A stretch of 64,000 nucleotides of DNA from an uncultured Planctomycetota bacterium (GCA_963845755.1 CAWJTV010000027.1:224001-288000), one strand, 5' to 3'. Shown: positions 30,963 through 42,874, numbered from the stretch's first letter. Notes: generated by a model not told the origin, from the sequence alone. Made by a program: numbers and translations.

Positions 30963-33900
30963 CTACTTCCCTGGTCGATCCGCGCCGTCCCGGCGCGACC
31001 CGAGGATCAGCGCCTCGGCCTCGCGGCGGAGGACCTCATATTCGACCCGGTCTGGCCAGGAGATCGGGCGGTCATCGGCCTCCTGGCTGCTGGTCGGCCG
31101 CGTCGCCTCGTCGAAAGTTCGCTCCGCCTCGGCGGCGCGGCCGAGCCGATGCTGGGCCATCGCCAGGAACAACCGGTCCCGGATCGCCCTCCCGCCCTGT
31201 TTCGCCGCGACCGATTCTTCCAGGCGCGCCAGAGCCTCCGCGGCCCGTCCCGCCCGGTAGAGGATCGCCCCCAGTGTGCAGAGGAAATCGGGTCGTTGGG
31301 ATGGCGCAACGCCCCACCGCGAGCCCGGCGAGGTCGACCGCCGGCTGGAGGTCATCCGTCGAACTCCGCCCCCAGCGCGCAAGTCCTGGCGATGAACTCC
31401 GCTTCCTCGGGGGTTTCGACCTTGGAGTGGCGTTCCATCATGGCACGGCACAGCGAACGATAGCTGGCCCGGTCCCCCAATTCCAGGTCGACCAGGGCGC
31501 CTCGGACCCAGGCCGGGAGGGGGACCGGGCCGCGCCGCCTCGCTTCCGTATACAGCGCCGCCGCCTGGGTCCAGCGCCCCAGCGCCGCGTGCTCGTCCGC
31601 GAGGGCGATCAGGGTCTCTCCCTCCGCCCCGAGCTCGGCGGCCCTGGTCAGATCGGCGAGATGATCCTCCGGCCGGCCGAGTCGGCCGAACACGCGGGCC
31701 CGGATCGCGTACAGCTCCCCGTTCGTCGGCTCCGCGGCCAGGCAACGGTCGAGATACCACAGCGCCGATGGCCACTGCGCCGTCCGCTCGCAATCCGCGA
31801 CGCGGTGGCGATACCAGTTGACCATGACGGCGCGGGAGCTGAGCGCCTCGGCGCGGCGATAATCGGCGTCCGCCGCGTCGAACAGGCCGGCGGTCGAGCA
31901 GGCGCGGGCCCGGCGTGCGTGGAGCGACCATCGGACGGACACGCCGTCGTCGTCCTCCACCATCCCTCGGCGATCGATCAGGCGATCCAGGTGCCACCGC
32001 GCCGCGAACGGATTCCCATCCTGCTCGGCGTCTCGCGCCTGCGCGTCGTGGTAAGCGGACGGGCTGACCGAGGACGCGTAAGCCCCGGCGACGGTCCCCT
32101 CGACTCCTTTCAGGCGGAGGGAGCGTGCCTCCCAGGCCTCGGCGGCGAGCTTCTCGATGTGCTGACCGGCATCCATCTGCATCCCGGTGAGGACCTGGAG
32201 CCGGAGGGCGAGGCGATCCAGGTCGCCTTCCAGCGGCCCGGGCACGGGCCACGACCGTGTCGTCCCGTCCACGGCGGTGGCGAGGAGGTCCTGGCCGTCG
32301 GGTGTGAAGGTCACCGCGGCGATCGGCGACCGCTGGACCATCGCCGGGCCGAGCGGCCTGGCGGTGGCGACGTCCCACAACCGGGCCGACCCGTCCTTGC
32401 AGCCGACGGCGAGCTGACGGCCGTCCGTGCTGAAGGCCAGTGCGGTCACCTGGCTGCCGTGGCCCAGCGTCGCGCCGGGCAACGGCCGACCTGTCCCGGC
32501 GTCGCGGATCTGCACCTCGTTCTCGAGGCCGCCCGCGGAGGCCAGTCGCCGGCCGTCGGGGCTGAACGCGACGGCGGGAAGACCCAGGTGCTGCATCGGC
32601 TCGGAGAGCGGCTTGGCGGTGTGGGCATCCCAGAGCCGGGCCGTGCTGTCATGGGATCGGGTCAAGAGCTGCGCGGCCATCCGGGCTGAAGGCGACGTCC
32701 ACGACCCAGTTCCCGTGCGGCATCGCGTGGCCGATGGGGCGGCCGGTCGCCAGATCCCACAGCCGCGCCTCGGCCACCGGGGCGACCGTCCCCACGGCCA
32801 GCGTCTTCCCGTCCGGGCTGAAGGCCAGGCTGAAGACGATGCCCCCCTGGGCGATCGGTGCGCCGACCGGCCGGCCCGTCGTCGCGTCCCAGAAGCGGAC
32901 GGTCTGGCCGTAGTCACCGGAGGCGAGCACGCGACCGTCGGGGCTGAAGGCCAGTGCCGAGACCCATCGATATTGCCAGATCGGGGGCCCGAGCGAGCGG
33001 CCGGTGGCCGCATCCCAGATGCGGATGCAGCCCAGGCTGCTGTCCATCAGTCCTGTCGGGGGGTCGTGGCTCGCCGTGGCGACCCGCGTCCCATCCGGGC
33101 TGAAGGCCACCGTCCGCACGTCCCGGCCGTGGCGCAGTGGAGACCCGAGCGGCCGGCCGGTCGCGGTCTCCCAGAGCCGCGCGATCCGCCCCCCGTCGCT
33201 GGTGAGCACGGTCTTCCTGTCGGGGCTGTACGCGATCGACTTCTTCAAGTAAAACCCCGGGAGCCTGGGCTCGTCCTGCGGGCCGAGGTCGACCGGCCCT
33301 TTCCGACCCTCCACCCGGTCGAGCGGGCGGGACCGGCCCCGCCCGATCTCCCAGACCCGCACCGTCGCATCGGCACCCCCGGTTACGGCCATCCGGCCGT
33401 CGGGGCCGATCGCGAGGCAATCCATGCGGTCAGACTGCCAGAGGGGCGTGCCGATGCGCTGGCCCGTCGCCGTCTCCCACGCGTAGGCCGACAGGCCGTT
33501 CATCGAGACGGTCAGGATTGTGGCGCCGTCCGGGGTGAAGAAGACGTGATCGACCCCATTCCGATGATATAACGGGGGTCCGGCCGGTCGGTTCGTCTCC
33601 CGCTCCCAGAACTGCACGATCCCGTCCCCGCTCCCGGTCAGCACCGTCGCCCCGGCGGGATTGAACGCGACGGCCCCAACGCCCTCCTGGTGGGCGAAGG
33701 GACCGGCCAGCCTGGCCCGGGTGGCGATGTCCCAGAGCGAAGCCGTCCCGTTCCGGCCGTCGGACGCCGTCCCGATGAGGACCGAGCGGCCGTCCGGGGC
33801 GAACGCCACGCTGAGCACGGCCTGCCGGGACTCGAACGGGGGGCCCAGTGGCTCGCCCGTCCTCGCGTCCCAGAGCCGCGCCGTGCCGTCCCGACATCCG

Positions 33901-35938
33901 ATCAGGATGGCCTTGCCATCGGGGCTGAGGGCCAGGCTGCACTCTGCGCCGCCGGAGGGGAGGGGGGCGCCGATCGGCATCTCCGTCTTCACATCCCACC
34001 GCTGCACCCCGCCCCGGTCGTAGCCCGCGACGAGCATCTTGCCGTCGGGGCTCAGGGCGACCTGCTCGACCGGGCTCTGGAGGCTGATGGACTCGCCGGT
34101 CGGCAGCAGGGTCCTCGCATCCAAGTACTCCAGCCGCTCCGCAGAGGTGAACGCGATCCGCTCGCCGTCGGGGGTGAAGTGCAGGCGCGGACGGGACGGG
34201 CGAGCCGGATGATCTGCCGCAGGCCATAGACCGGCTCGCTCCAGGCGGCCAGGTTGATCCGGATCGCCTGCCGCAGCTCGACCGCCTCGGCCGGGGCGAC
34301 CTTGAGACCCTCGAGCATCCAGTGCAGTCCGCCGGCGGCGTCCCCCTCCTCGGCCCGGGCGATCCCCCGGTCGAGGAGCAGGCCGGCGGCCTGACGGAGC
34401 GAGTCGTTGCGGGTCCGAGCCACGAGGCTGCGCTGGCGATCGGCTTCACCGAGGTTGCTCTCGGCTTTCCGCCACATCCAGGTCACACCGCCGAAGCCCA
34501 GGGCCAGCGCCAGCGCGCACGACGCCGAGAGGGACGCCACGGCCTGGTTGCGGCGACACCACCGCCAGCCCCGCTCGATCGCGGAGACCCGCCGTGCGCG
34601 GATCGGGTCGCCCGCCAGGAACCGCCGCAGTTCCTCGGCCAGCTCCGCCGCCGTGCCGTAGCGGTGCGCCGGCTCCTTGCTCAGGCACTTCAGGCAGATC
34701 ACCTCCAGGTCGCGCGGGATGCGGGCATCTCGCTTCCGCGGCGGGATCGGCTCCTGGTGCAGCACGCGCTCGATCAGCCGCTCCCGGCTCACGTCCTCGA
34801 AGGGGGGCCTGAGCGTCAGCAGCTCGTAGAGCGTCGCTCCCAGCGCGTAGAGGTCGCAGCGCGCGTCGGAACGCCCCTCGAGGCGCTCCGGGGCCATGTA
34901 CCGCAGCGTCCCCACCACGTCGCCGGGGTTCGTCAGGTTCTGCTGGTCCTCCGACTTCGCGAGCCCGAAATCGGTGACCCAGACGTTGCCTCGGGTGTCC
35001 AGGAGCAGGTTCCCCGGCTTGATGTCCCGATGCAGCACCCCCGCCTGGTGGGCGTAGGCCAGCGCCTCGGCCACTTGCGCCGCGATGTGCGCGATGCTCT
35101 GCCAGTAGGCCTGGATGCCCGATCTCCGCGGGTCGCCGCTCCGACCCAACGCCGCGATCGAGCTCGCTGACGAGACGGCGCGGGCCGCCGAGTCGTCCTC
35201 GGCGGAGCCGTCGCTGTCGGCGAGGACTGGCTCGACGCTGTCGGCCGGCTCCGGCATCGGCGACCCGCCATCTGCTGACGTGCCGAACCGCGTCAGCAGC
35301 GACCGCGCCGCCGCCTCGACCGACACCCCGGCGTGTGAGGCCGGTACGGGACCGGCCGGCTTCATCGAGCTGGGCAGCCCCCCCCGCTCCTGCAGCCGCC
35401 GCAACTCGTCCAGGACAGCGTCCAGCCCCTGTCCCTGGATGTACTGCATCACGTAGTAATGCAGCCCACCTTCCTCGCCGACGCCGAACACCGGCACGAT
35501 GTTGGTGTGATGCAGCCGCGCCGCCGAGCGGGCCTCCCGCTCGAACCGCTGCCTCTGCCTCCGGTCGGGGAGCATCTGCTGGGGCAGGACCTTCAGTGCC
35601 ACGTGCCGGCCCAGCGAGATCTGTTCGGCCTCGTAGACGACGCCCATGCCGCCGCGGCCGATCTCGCGCAGGACGCGGTAATCGCCCAGGCGTTCGGGGT
35701 GCTCGAGGCATCGTCCGCGCAGCGAGTCGAAGGCGGAGGACGAACCCAAGCCCTCGCTCTCCGGGGCGATCTGCTCCATGACCACGAGCGCGGGGAAGAG
35801 CTTGTGGATCTCCTCGGCGTGCTCGGGGTATCGCGCGGCGTACTCGCTCAGGGACGGTCGCTCCCCGCGCCGGTACCGCTCGACGAACTCCTCCGCCAAC
35901 TGCTCGACCGCCTCACGACCGCGGAAGTGCGTTTCCAT
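30963..35938 (-). CDS. Ser/Thr kinase with WD40 and TPR repeats; frameshifted
   Basis: GRGGMGVVY, HRDIKPGN, DFGLAK; many AFSPDG..ARLWD repeats; TPR tail. Confidence 0.9.
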
Positions 35939-35982
35939 GAAGGTTCCGACCTGTCGGTGACGTGAAGGCTGCCGCAGAGGTC

Positions 35983-36615
35983 CTACCCATCCAGCAAGCC
36001 GGGGAACTGGCTCAACTCGTCCCTGAGCCGCTTCAAGGCCCGGAGATATCGGCTACTGGTCGTCGATTCATTCATCCCGAGGGCCTCGGCCACCTCGGCA
36101 TTCGTCAACCGTTCGAAGTGACGGAGCGCGAGGATCTCCCGGTCGAGCGCGTCCATGCCGCCCAGGACCTCCTGCACGCGGAGGCGCATCTCCGCCCGGA
36201 CGGCCGCTTGCGAGGGTGAGGTCAGTCGCCCCATCAACTGGGCGGCCAGCGAGGCCGAGCTGGCGGCCGGCATCGGCCCCCGATGCAGGCAGATCTCCAG
36301 ACCGGCGTCCCGCATCCTCGCCCCCAGGTGGCGTCGGTGCGCGTCGATCATTTTCTCACCGGTGATCTGCCTTAGCCAGAGGAAAAACGGCAGGGGTCGA
36401 TTTGCCAAGTAATCGGACCATCGCTTGGCGGCTTCGAGGAGGGCATCCTGGAGGATATCTGAATCGTCAACGCGGCCTTGGACCAGCCGGTTGAGTCGCA
36501 GGCGGACCATCCGCTTGAGCCGCTTCCGATAAAGCGTGAAGAGCTCGGTCAATGCCCCCTCGTCGCCGTCGGCGGCCCGATTGAGCAGTTCATCCGGATC
36601 CGGGGATTCGCACAA
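35983..36615 (-). CDS. ECF sigma-70 factor (Planctomycete, kinase-associated)
   Basis: RLKRMVRLRL, DDSDILQD, FFLWLR, TSPSQAA, DREILALRHFERL, SRYLRALKRL. Confidence 0.92.
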   Translation of the reverse strand: MCESPDPDELLNRAADGDEGALTELFTLYRKRLKRMVRLRLNRLVQGRVDDSDILQDALLEAAKRWSDYLANRPLPFFLWLRQITGEKMIDAHRRHLGARMRDAGLEICLHRGPMPAASSASLAAQLMGRLTSPSQAAVRAEMRLRVQEVLGGMDALDREILALRHFERLTNAEVAEALGMNESTTSSRYLRALKRLRDELSQFPGLLDG

Positions 36616-36813
36616 GATGATGCCTCCTCCACGCGACTCGAGATCTCTCTTCTCTATGTTGCGCAGAGGACGCTGGTTTTCGCGCGAGAATTTCCGGCGG
36701 TGTTGTTCGCGGCGAGGTTACTGAACCTCGTCCCGCCGCCACGGGCGGCGCCGGCTTCACCATCGAAACCGGCCCCGAATCCGCGATTGGTCGTGGTGCC
36801 GACCCAGGCCCCC

Positions 36814-38743
36814 CTACTTGAGATCCTCAAAGGTCGCGAGGAGGTCGTCGAACCGCGCCTTGGCCTCCTCGAAGGCGGGCTCCTCCGCGTTGAGGGTCAA
36901 CAGATAGCCCGACCCCGGCTTCCGCCAGAGCACTTCGAACCCGTGGCGGGTCTTCCCCGCGCCCGCGGTTGAACCGGAATTCCATGCGGTAGCCGGCCAA
37001 CCCCTTGACGGGATTCGTCGCCTCGGCGATGACGGCGAAATCCTTGAGGTTCTTCTCGTAGTGTTTGCGGCGGGGGACGAAGATCAGCTTGGGGTCGAGC
37101 GGGAGCGGCAGCGAGAAGGCGACAAGGTGGAGCTGGACATCGCCCTTGCCCGTCTCGGGCGGCTTGAAGCGGAGGACTGTCGCGCCGGGCTCCTTGACTT
37201 CCTCGATCGACCATTTTTCGCCGGGCGCGGTCATGCGGCAGCCGAGCTCGGCGTTGGTATAGATGCGTCCCACAATGCCGGTGCGGAACTTGGCGGCCAG
37301 CGGCGCCGGCTTCGATCGGTGGTCCTTGATCGCGATGGAGAAGCTCGCCGGCAGGGCCTGGCGAAGCGGCAGCGTCCCCTCAACCGTCTCGTGGTCGATC
37401 AGTTTGACGAGGGCGAACGACGTTCCGACCTCGTTGGCGCCCGTGTTGACCGGGATCCAGCGGCCGACATAGACCTCGTTCCACATGTGGCCGCCCCACT
37501 GTCCCGGGATCATCCGCTCGCCGAGAGCGATCCGCGTGGGAATGCCGGCCGCCCGCGCCAGCGAGGCGAACAAGGTCGAAAACTCGCTGCATTTTCCCTT
37601 CCGGCACGCGAGCACCTCCGGCCCGGTGAGCGTCTCGGCGATGAGGCTCGGCTCGATGTTATTCAACATCCAGGCACTCAGGGCCTTGACGGCCTCCAGC
37701 GCGTCGGTCTTGCCCCGGGTCACCTCGCGGGCCAGTGCGAGGATCTTCTCATCGTGCGGCCTGATGTAACGCGACTCGCCCAGGTACGGCGCGAACTCCG
37801 GCCCGGTGATCGGCAACTTCGCCGGAACTGGCAAGGGCTTGGGGGGCTCGATCCGCACGACGGCCCGGTACTGGTCGCCGTCTTGCGACTTTTCGACGAT
37901 GTGCTGGCGATCGTCCTCCAGGCGGAATCGGTCGAATCCGATGTCCCGCCATTTCAGCTCGACGGTCAAGGACTCCAGGAATTCCGGCGGGCCGACCTCC
38001 TTGCCCAGGGGATACATCAGGACGTCTCGCCCATCCATCTTGCGGTAGGCGATCGCGCGCGCCTGCTCGGCCGGAGAGCGCCGGAGGGTCATCAGGCCCC
38101 CCGCGGCCGACTGCTCGAGGCACAGGCCGTCGGCATCCAGGACCAGCCGCCGCTCGCCACCCAAGTCACTCGTGACGACCGACCAGGCCACGCCCGGCTG
38201 ACCGGCCCGGGCGCCGAGCCGCTTGACCTTCGCCGGCTTGGGCGTGCACGACTCCTCGCCCAGCAGCGTCAACTCGCCCGCCTCGAAACCGGTCGGCCGG
38301 TCGGCCAGCCAATCCTCGAGGCAGGGCTCAGGGAGGATCGCCTCGGGCCGGTCGAACACCCGGCTCCGCTCGATGCCGGCAATCGTCGCGGTTACCGCGA
38401 ACGACGAGCCACGCCTTTCCCCGGTCACCCGGGCCACGCCCGATTCGCGCTTCCCCTCGACCGAGATCGACACCGGCCGATAATCCGCCGTCACCACGTA
38501 TTCCCCGCGCTCGGTGAGCTCCTCCTTGTTGATCCCGAAAAGGTCCATCAGCACCCGCGTTTCCTGCGTGATGCGGAAGTTCCCGTCCGGCAACCGGACG
38601 ACCACGGTGTGGACGTACCCGTACCGCTTGCCGTCAGCGACATACGAATGCCAGATGTCGCGGACGCGCGGCGCGGCCTGCGCCGTGTTACCCGCCAAGA
38701 CGACCAGTCCGAGGACCAGCACCGTCCGCCGAAGAGACCTCAT
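36814..38743 (-). CDS. Secreted transglutaminase-like domain protein; frameshift near 36960
   Basis: GKCSEFSTLFASLARAAGIPTR, HMWNEVY, WIPVN. Confidence 0.88.
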
Positions 38744-38857
38744 GATGCGAGTCTCCGTCGAGAGAGGGAGGAAAAGGGTCGTGAAGGAATCCCAGGGCCT
38801 GCGACATTTGTAACACGAACGGACGGTCAGCGTCTATGAGGACGGGAAGGCTGATGG

Positions 38858-39628
38858 TCACGAAGGGATCTCGGGGAGATCCCATCCGTCCCTACGGCGG
38901 CGCCAGGAGATGGTGTCCCGCGCGCCCAGGATCAAGGAGATCGGCGCGATCAGGGCGAAGAGCGGGACCAGGAGCCAATCGGCTCGGCGAAAAACCTGGC
39001 CATGAGGTCCCCCGACCGTGACGATCAGGACGAAACCCAGGATCAGGGCTGTCACGAACAGACTCGACAACGCGGCGACCAGGGCCGCCCGGTACCGGCG
39101 GGACGATCCGCTCTGGAGTGCGCGCACCATCGCTTCCCAAAGGAACGGGAAGACGAACGTGCCCGTCGCGATGAGCACGAGCTGGGCGGTGCCCCAGGCG
39201 AGAACCACGTGCCAGTCGATGGGCCGGCCGCGCGTGGCGGCACCTGCCGGGATGATGATGAGATCGCCGACGGCGATCACCGCCGTCATCCAGGTCGTGA
39301 TCCGGATCGCATAGCGAGGCACCGTCTCGTCGCGCCGGCGGCGACTCCAGGTCTCGAGGCGACTCGGCGCGATCAAGCGGGTATAAAAGACGCGTTCGAG
39401 CCGGGGGACCGAATCCTGGAGGCTCCCGGTCAGCGCGCTCGCCTCCCCGAGCCGCCGGATCGCGCGCTCGGCCGCCGCGCGATCGTCGCCGAGATGGCCC
39501 CGCTCCTCCGCGAAGCTCGCCTCCAGATGAGCGAACAACTCTTCCCGCATCCGGTCCTTGCGCGACTCGCTGGCCCACACCGGCCCCACGACCCGCTCGA
39601 CGTGATCTCCGAAGAGGTTTGCACTCAT
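38858..39628 (-). CDS. Membrane protein coupled to PadR
   Basis: REELFAHLE..AIRRLGE N-terminal domain plus 4 TM helices; start overlaps padR stop. Confidence 0.75.
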   Translation of the reverse strand: MSANLFGDHVERVVGPVWASESRKDRMREELFAHLEASFAEERGHLGDDRAAAERAIRRLGEASALTGSLQDSVPRLERVFYTRLIAPSRLETWSRRRRDETVPRYAIRITTWMTAVIAVGDLIIIPAGAATRGRPIDWHVVLAWGTAQLVLIATGTFVFPFLWEAMVRALQSGSSRRYRAALVAALSSLFVTALILGFVLIVTVGGPHGQVFRRADWLLVPLFALIAPISLILGARDTISWRRRRDGWDLPEIPS

Positions 39629-39969
39629 GCCGGTGCCCCCAGAATACCGCCCACGATCGTCACGAACTGCGACCAAGCTTCTCGGCGATGGGCCAGGTCG
39701 CGCCGGCCCTTCTCGGTGAGATGGTAGATCCGCCGCCGCGGGCCGCGCCGGCCGCCGGTGTCGGCTTCCCACTCCGCACGCACCATCCCCGCTTCCTCGA
39801 GGCGATACAGGACCGGGTACAGCGTCCCTTCCTTCAGGCTCAGCGCCCCGCAGCCCAGTTCCTCCAGCCGGCGCAAGACCTCGAAGCCATGGGCCTCGCC
39901 CCGCGACAGGGACGCCAGCACCATGCCCTCCAGATGGCCACGCAAGGTATCGCCTTCGATCTTTTGCAT
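39625..39969 (-). CDS. PadR family transcriptional regulator
   Basis: HGFEV, KEGTLYPVLYRLE, RRIYHLTEKG. Confidence 0.93.
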   Translation of the reverse strand: MQKIEGDTLRGHLEGMVLASLSRGEAHGFEVLRRLEELGCGALSLKEGTLYPVLYRLEEAGMVRAEWEADTGGRRGPRRRIYHLTEKGRRDLAHRREAWSQFVTIVGGILGAPA

Positions 39970-39974
39970 GACTT

Positions 39975-40004
39975 ATTATTTAGCCAGGCTAAGTATCATG
40001 TCAA
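39975..40004 (-). promoter_or_regulatory. Sigma70-type promoter with palindromic operator for padR (probably leaderless)
   Basis: Minus-strand TTGACA-N18-AATAAT ending 5 nt before ATG; palindrome TATTTAGCC-A-GGCTAAGTA at 39977-39995. Confidence 0.7.
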
Positions 40005-40137
40005 GAGGGCCGTTCGAGCTCGCGGGAACTCCTGGACTTCGAGGCGCGAGTCGATTCGGTCGATGGAGAAGACGAGAAGGGATGGGGAGAGGAGATCGGC
40101 GTTGAGATGATCGATCAGGAGGATGGGCGAGCGGGCC

Positions 40138-40189
40138 TCCCGGCTTCAGCCGGCGCGGGAAATGCCGCGCCATCGAGCTGAAGCCGGGA
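40138..40189. repeat. Stem-loop downstream of csrA
   Basis: 13-bp IR TCCCGGCTTCAGC / GCTGAAGCCGGGA with inner GCGCGG/CCGCGC stem. Confidence 0.7.
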
Positions 40190-40213
40190 ATCCCAGACGG
40201 TCGAGGGCGGCCG

Positions 40214-40408
40214 TCAGATACACGCTGCAACGGTCCCTTCCGACGGGGCGCGGCGCGCGGTTCCGGCGATCTCTTCGCGGAACACGGGGATATGGCCCGG
40301 GGCCTCGATTCCCAGACGGACCTGGTTCCGGTCGATCTTCACGACCGTCAACACGATGTTCCCATCGATCACGATCTTCTCGTTCGCTTTGCGGCTCAGA
40401 ACCAGCAT
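40214..40408 (-). CDS. csrA: Carbon storage regulator
   Basis: MLVLSRKANEKIVID..VRLGIEAP..VFREE. Confidence 0.93.
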   Translation of the reverse strand: MLVLSRKANEKIVIDGNIVLTVVKIDRNQVRLGIEAPGHIPVFREEIAGTARRAPSEGTVAACI

Positions 40409-40817
40409 GACGGCCTCCTGGATTGGTTAACCTGGGTTCTTCTCGATTCCGGTTTCGCGTTTCCCTCGCAATCCCTATTGCTCCCGCGATCGGCTGGATC
40501 TCCGGGACCTCCTTGCTCGGGCCGCGTTGTGCATTTGGGCTATTGCATTCCCGATGCCGACGCGACACAATGAGACGTCGAATGTTCCCAAGTTATTACA
40601 GGAAAAAGAGTTGCGACATCGCATTCTCGCGAGACGCGATGTCGCCGAATTGGCAGGTCTTCGAAAACTTGAAACTTTTCTTCTCAACTGGAAAATCGGT
40701 TCGCCGGATAATGGGAAAAGGCTAATCTGGTCAGTGGCCATGGGTCATTGGTAGGATCTCCGTGCCGTGCGCAGGCTCCTGGGGAATTCGAGATTCCCGA
40801 TTCCAAAGGGATGACCC

Positions 40818-41297
40818 ATGACTAATCTCCGAGTCGGCATCGGCCACGACACCCACCAGTTGGAGGAAGGGCGGCCGTTGGTCCTGGGAGGCGTGCGGAT
40901 CGACCACCCGCGGGGATTGGTGGGTCATTCCGACGCCGACCTGGTCTGCCACGCGGTGGTCAACGCGATCCTCGGCGCGGCTGGTCTGGGCGACATCGGG
41001 GAGCATTATCCGGACACGGATCCCCGATGGCGCGGGGTGGACAGCACGACGCTCCTGGCGGAGGTGGTCGACCGGGTCGAACAGGTCGGCTGGCGGGTGG
41101 TCAACTGCGACGCGATCATCCACGCCCAGGAGCCCAAGCTGACCCCCCACAAGCCGGCCATCCGCGCCAACCTCGCGCGGCTGCTCCGTGTCGCTGAGGC
41201 GGCCGTGAACGTCAAGGCCAAGACCGGCGAGCACGTCGGGCCCGTCGGCCGGGGCGAGGCCATTGTCTGTGACGTTGTGGTGCTCATCTCTCGATAG
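40818..41297 (+). CDS. ispF: 2-C-methyl-D-erythritol 2,4-cyclodiphosphate synthase
   Basis: RVGIGHDTH, GHSDAD, GDIGEHYPD, VNVKAKTGE. Confidence 0.96.
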   Translation: MTNLRVGIGHDTHQLEEGRPLVLGGVRIDHPRGLVGHSDADLVCHAVVNAILGAAGLGDIGEHYPDTDPRWRGVDSTTLLAEVVDRVEQVGWRVVNCDAIIHAQEPKLTPHKPAIRANLARLLRVAEAAVNVKAKTGEHVGPVGRGEAIVCDVVVLISR

Positions 41298-41311
41298 GCG
41301 GTGGCCGGTTC

Positions 41312-41376
41312 GTAGGGTGCTCAGCGAGCACCGAGGTGCAGGCCCCGGCCGTCCCGGTGCTCACACGGCACCCTAC
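41312..41376. repeat. REPIN-like inverted doublet of the RAYT-associated REP
   Basis: GTAGGGTGCTCAGCGAGCACC (41312-41332) and GGTGCTCACACGGCACCCTAC (41356-41376). Confidence 0.9.
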
Positions 41377-41396
41377 CAGGTTGGAAAGATTGATCC

Positions 41397-42874
41397 ATGC
41401 CATTGCGCGTTTATAACACACTGAGTCAGTCCAAGGAGCCATTCCAGACGGTCCAACCCGGCAAGGTCGGGATGTACGTCTGCGGCCCGACGGTCTATTC
41501 GCCCAGTCACATCGGCCACATGGTCGGGCCGGTGATCTTCGACACGATCAAGCGATACCTCGTGTATCTCGGCTACGAGGTCGCGTGGGTGGTGAATATC
41601 ACCGACGTCGATGACAAGCTGATCGTGCAGGCCCACAAGGAAGGGACGACCGTCCTGGAGCTGGCCGAGCGGGTGACCCGGGATTATCTCGATTGCCTGG
41701 CGGCGCTGGGGGTCGACGGGATCGACCAGATGCCGCGCGCCACCGAGCACATCGGCGAGATCGTCGGGATCAACCGCGAGCTGATCGCCAAGGGGTTCGC
41801 GTACGAGTCGGGCGGCGACGTGTATTTCGACGTCGGCAAGGCCCCCGAATACGGCAAGCTCAGCCACCGCGACCCGGAGGACCTGCTGGCCGGCGCGGAT
41901 CGAGCCCACGGTGCTGAAGCGCCATCCCGGCGACTTCGCGCTGTGGAAGCGGTCCAAGCCCGGCGAGCCGTCGTGGGAGAGCCCCTGGGGACCGGGCCGG
42001 CCCGGCTGGCACATCGAATGCTCGGCCATGAGCATGAAGTACCTGGGCCGGCACTTCGACATCCACGGCGGCGGCCTCGACCTGGTCTTCCCCCACCACG
42101 AGAACGAGCTGGTCCAGTCCGAGTCCTACAGCGGCGAGACCTTCGCCTCGTACTGGCTGCACAACGGCCTGCTGACCAAGCAGGGCCGGAAGATCTCCAA
42201 GTCCGACCCCGACACGATCGTATTGATGAGCGACCTGCTCGCGGCCCACGCGCCGGACACCCTCCGCGCGCTCTTGCTCTCGAGCCACTATCGCCACCCG
42301 ATCGATTTCGGCCCGAATCGGCTGGAGGAGGTCGAGCGCGGGCTCCAGACGTTCTACCGGGCGTTCGAACGGTTCGCCGAGCTGACCGGCACGCGGTTCG
42401 ACCAGCTCGAAGCCCCGACGCGCCGGCAGGACCCCAACGACGGCGGCACGCCCTTGCTCCAGGAGATCGGCGAGCACCGCCTGCGATTCCTCGACGCCAT
42501 GGACGACGACTTCAACACCGGGGGGGCCCTCGGCGAGCTCTTCGAGATCGTCCACGCGCTCAATCGCTTCGCCCATCAGGCCGGCCTCGACCCGGGCCGC
42601 GCACGCCCTGGGCGTGCTCGACGAGTATCGCGCCGGCATGCTCGTGCTCAAGGAGCTCAGCCAGATCCTCGGCCTGTTCCGCCGGCCCGTCGAGCCGCGC
42701 ACGCAGACCGGAGACACGCTCACCGAGCCCCTCCTCGGTCTCCTCGTCGAACTCCGCAACCGGCTCCGCAAGGAGAAGAACTTCGCCATGGCCGACGAGA
42801 TCCGCAACCGCCTCACCGACCTCGGCGTGACCCTCGAGGACCGGCCCGACGGCACCCGCTGGCGCATCTCCTGA
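41397..42874 (+). CDS. cysS: Cysteine--tRNA ligase; two apparent frameshifts
   Basis: [44 protein letters not shown]. Confidence 0.95.
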
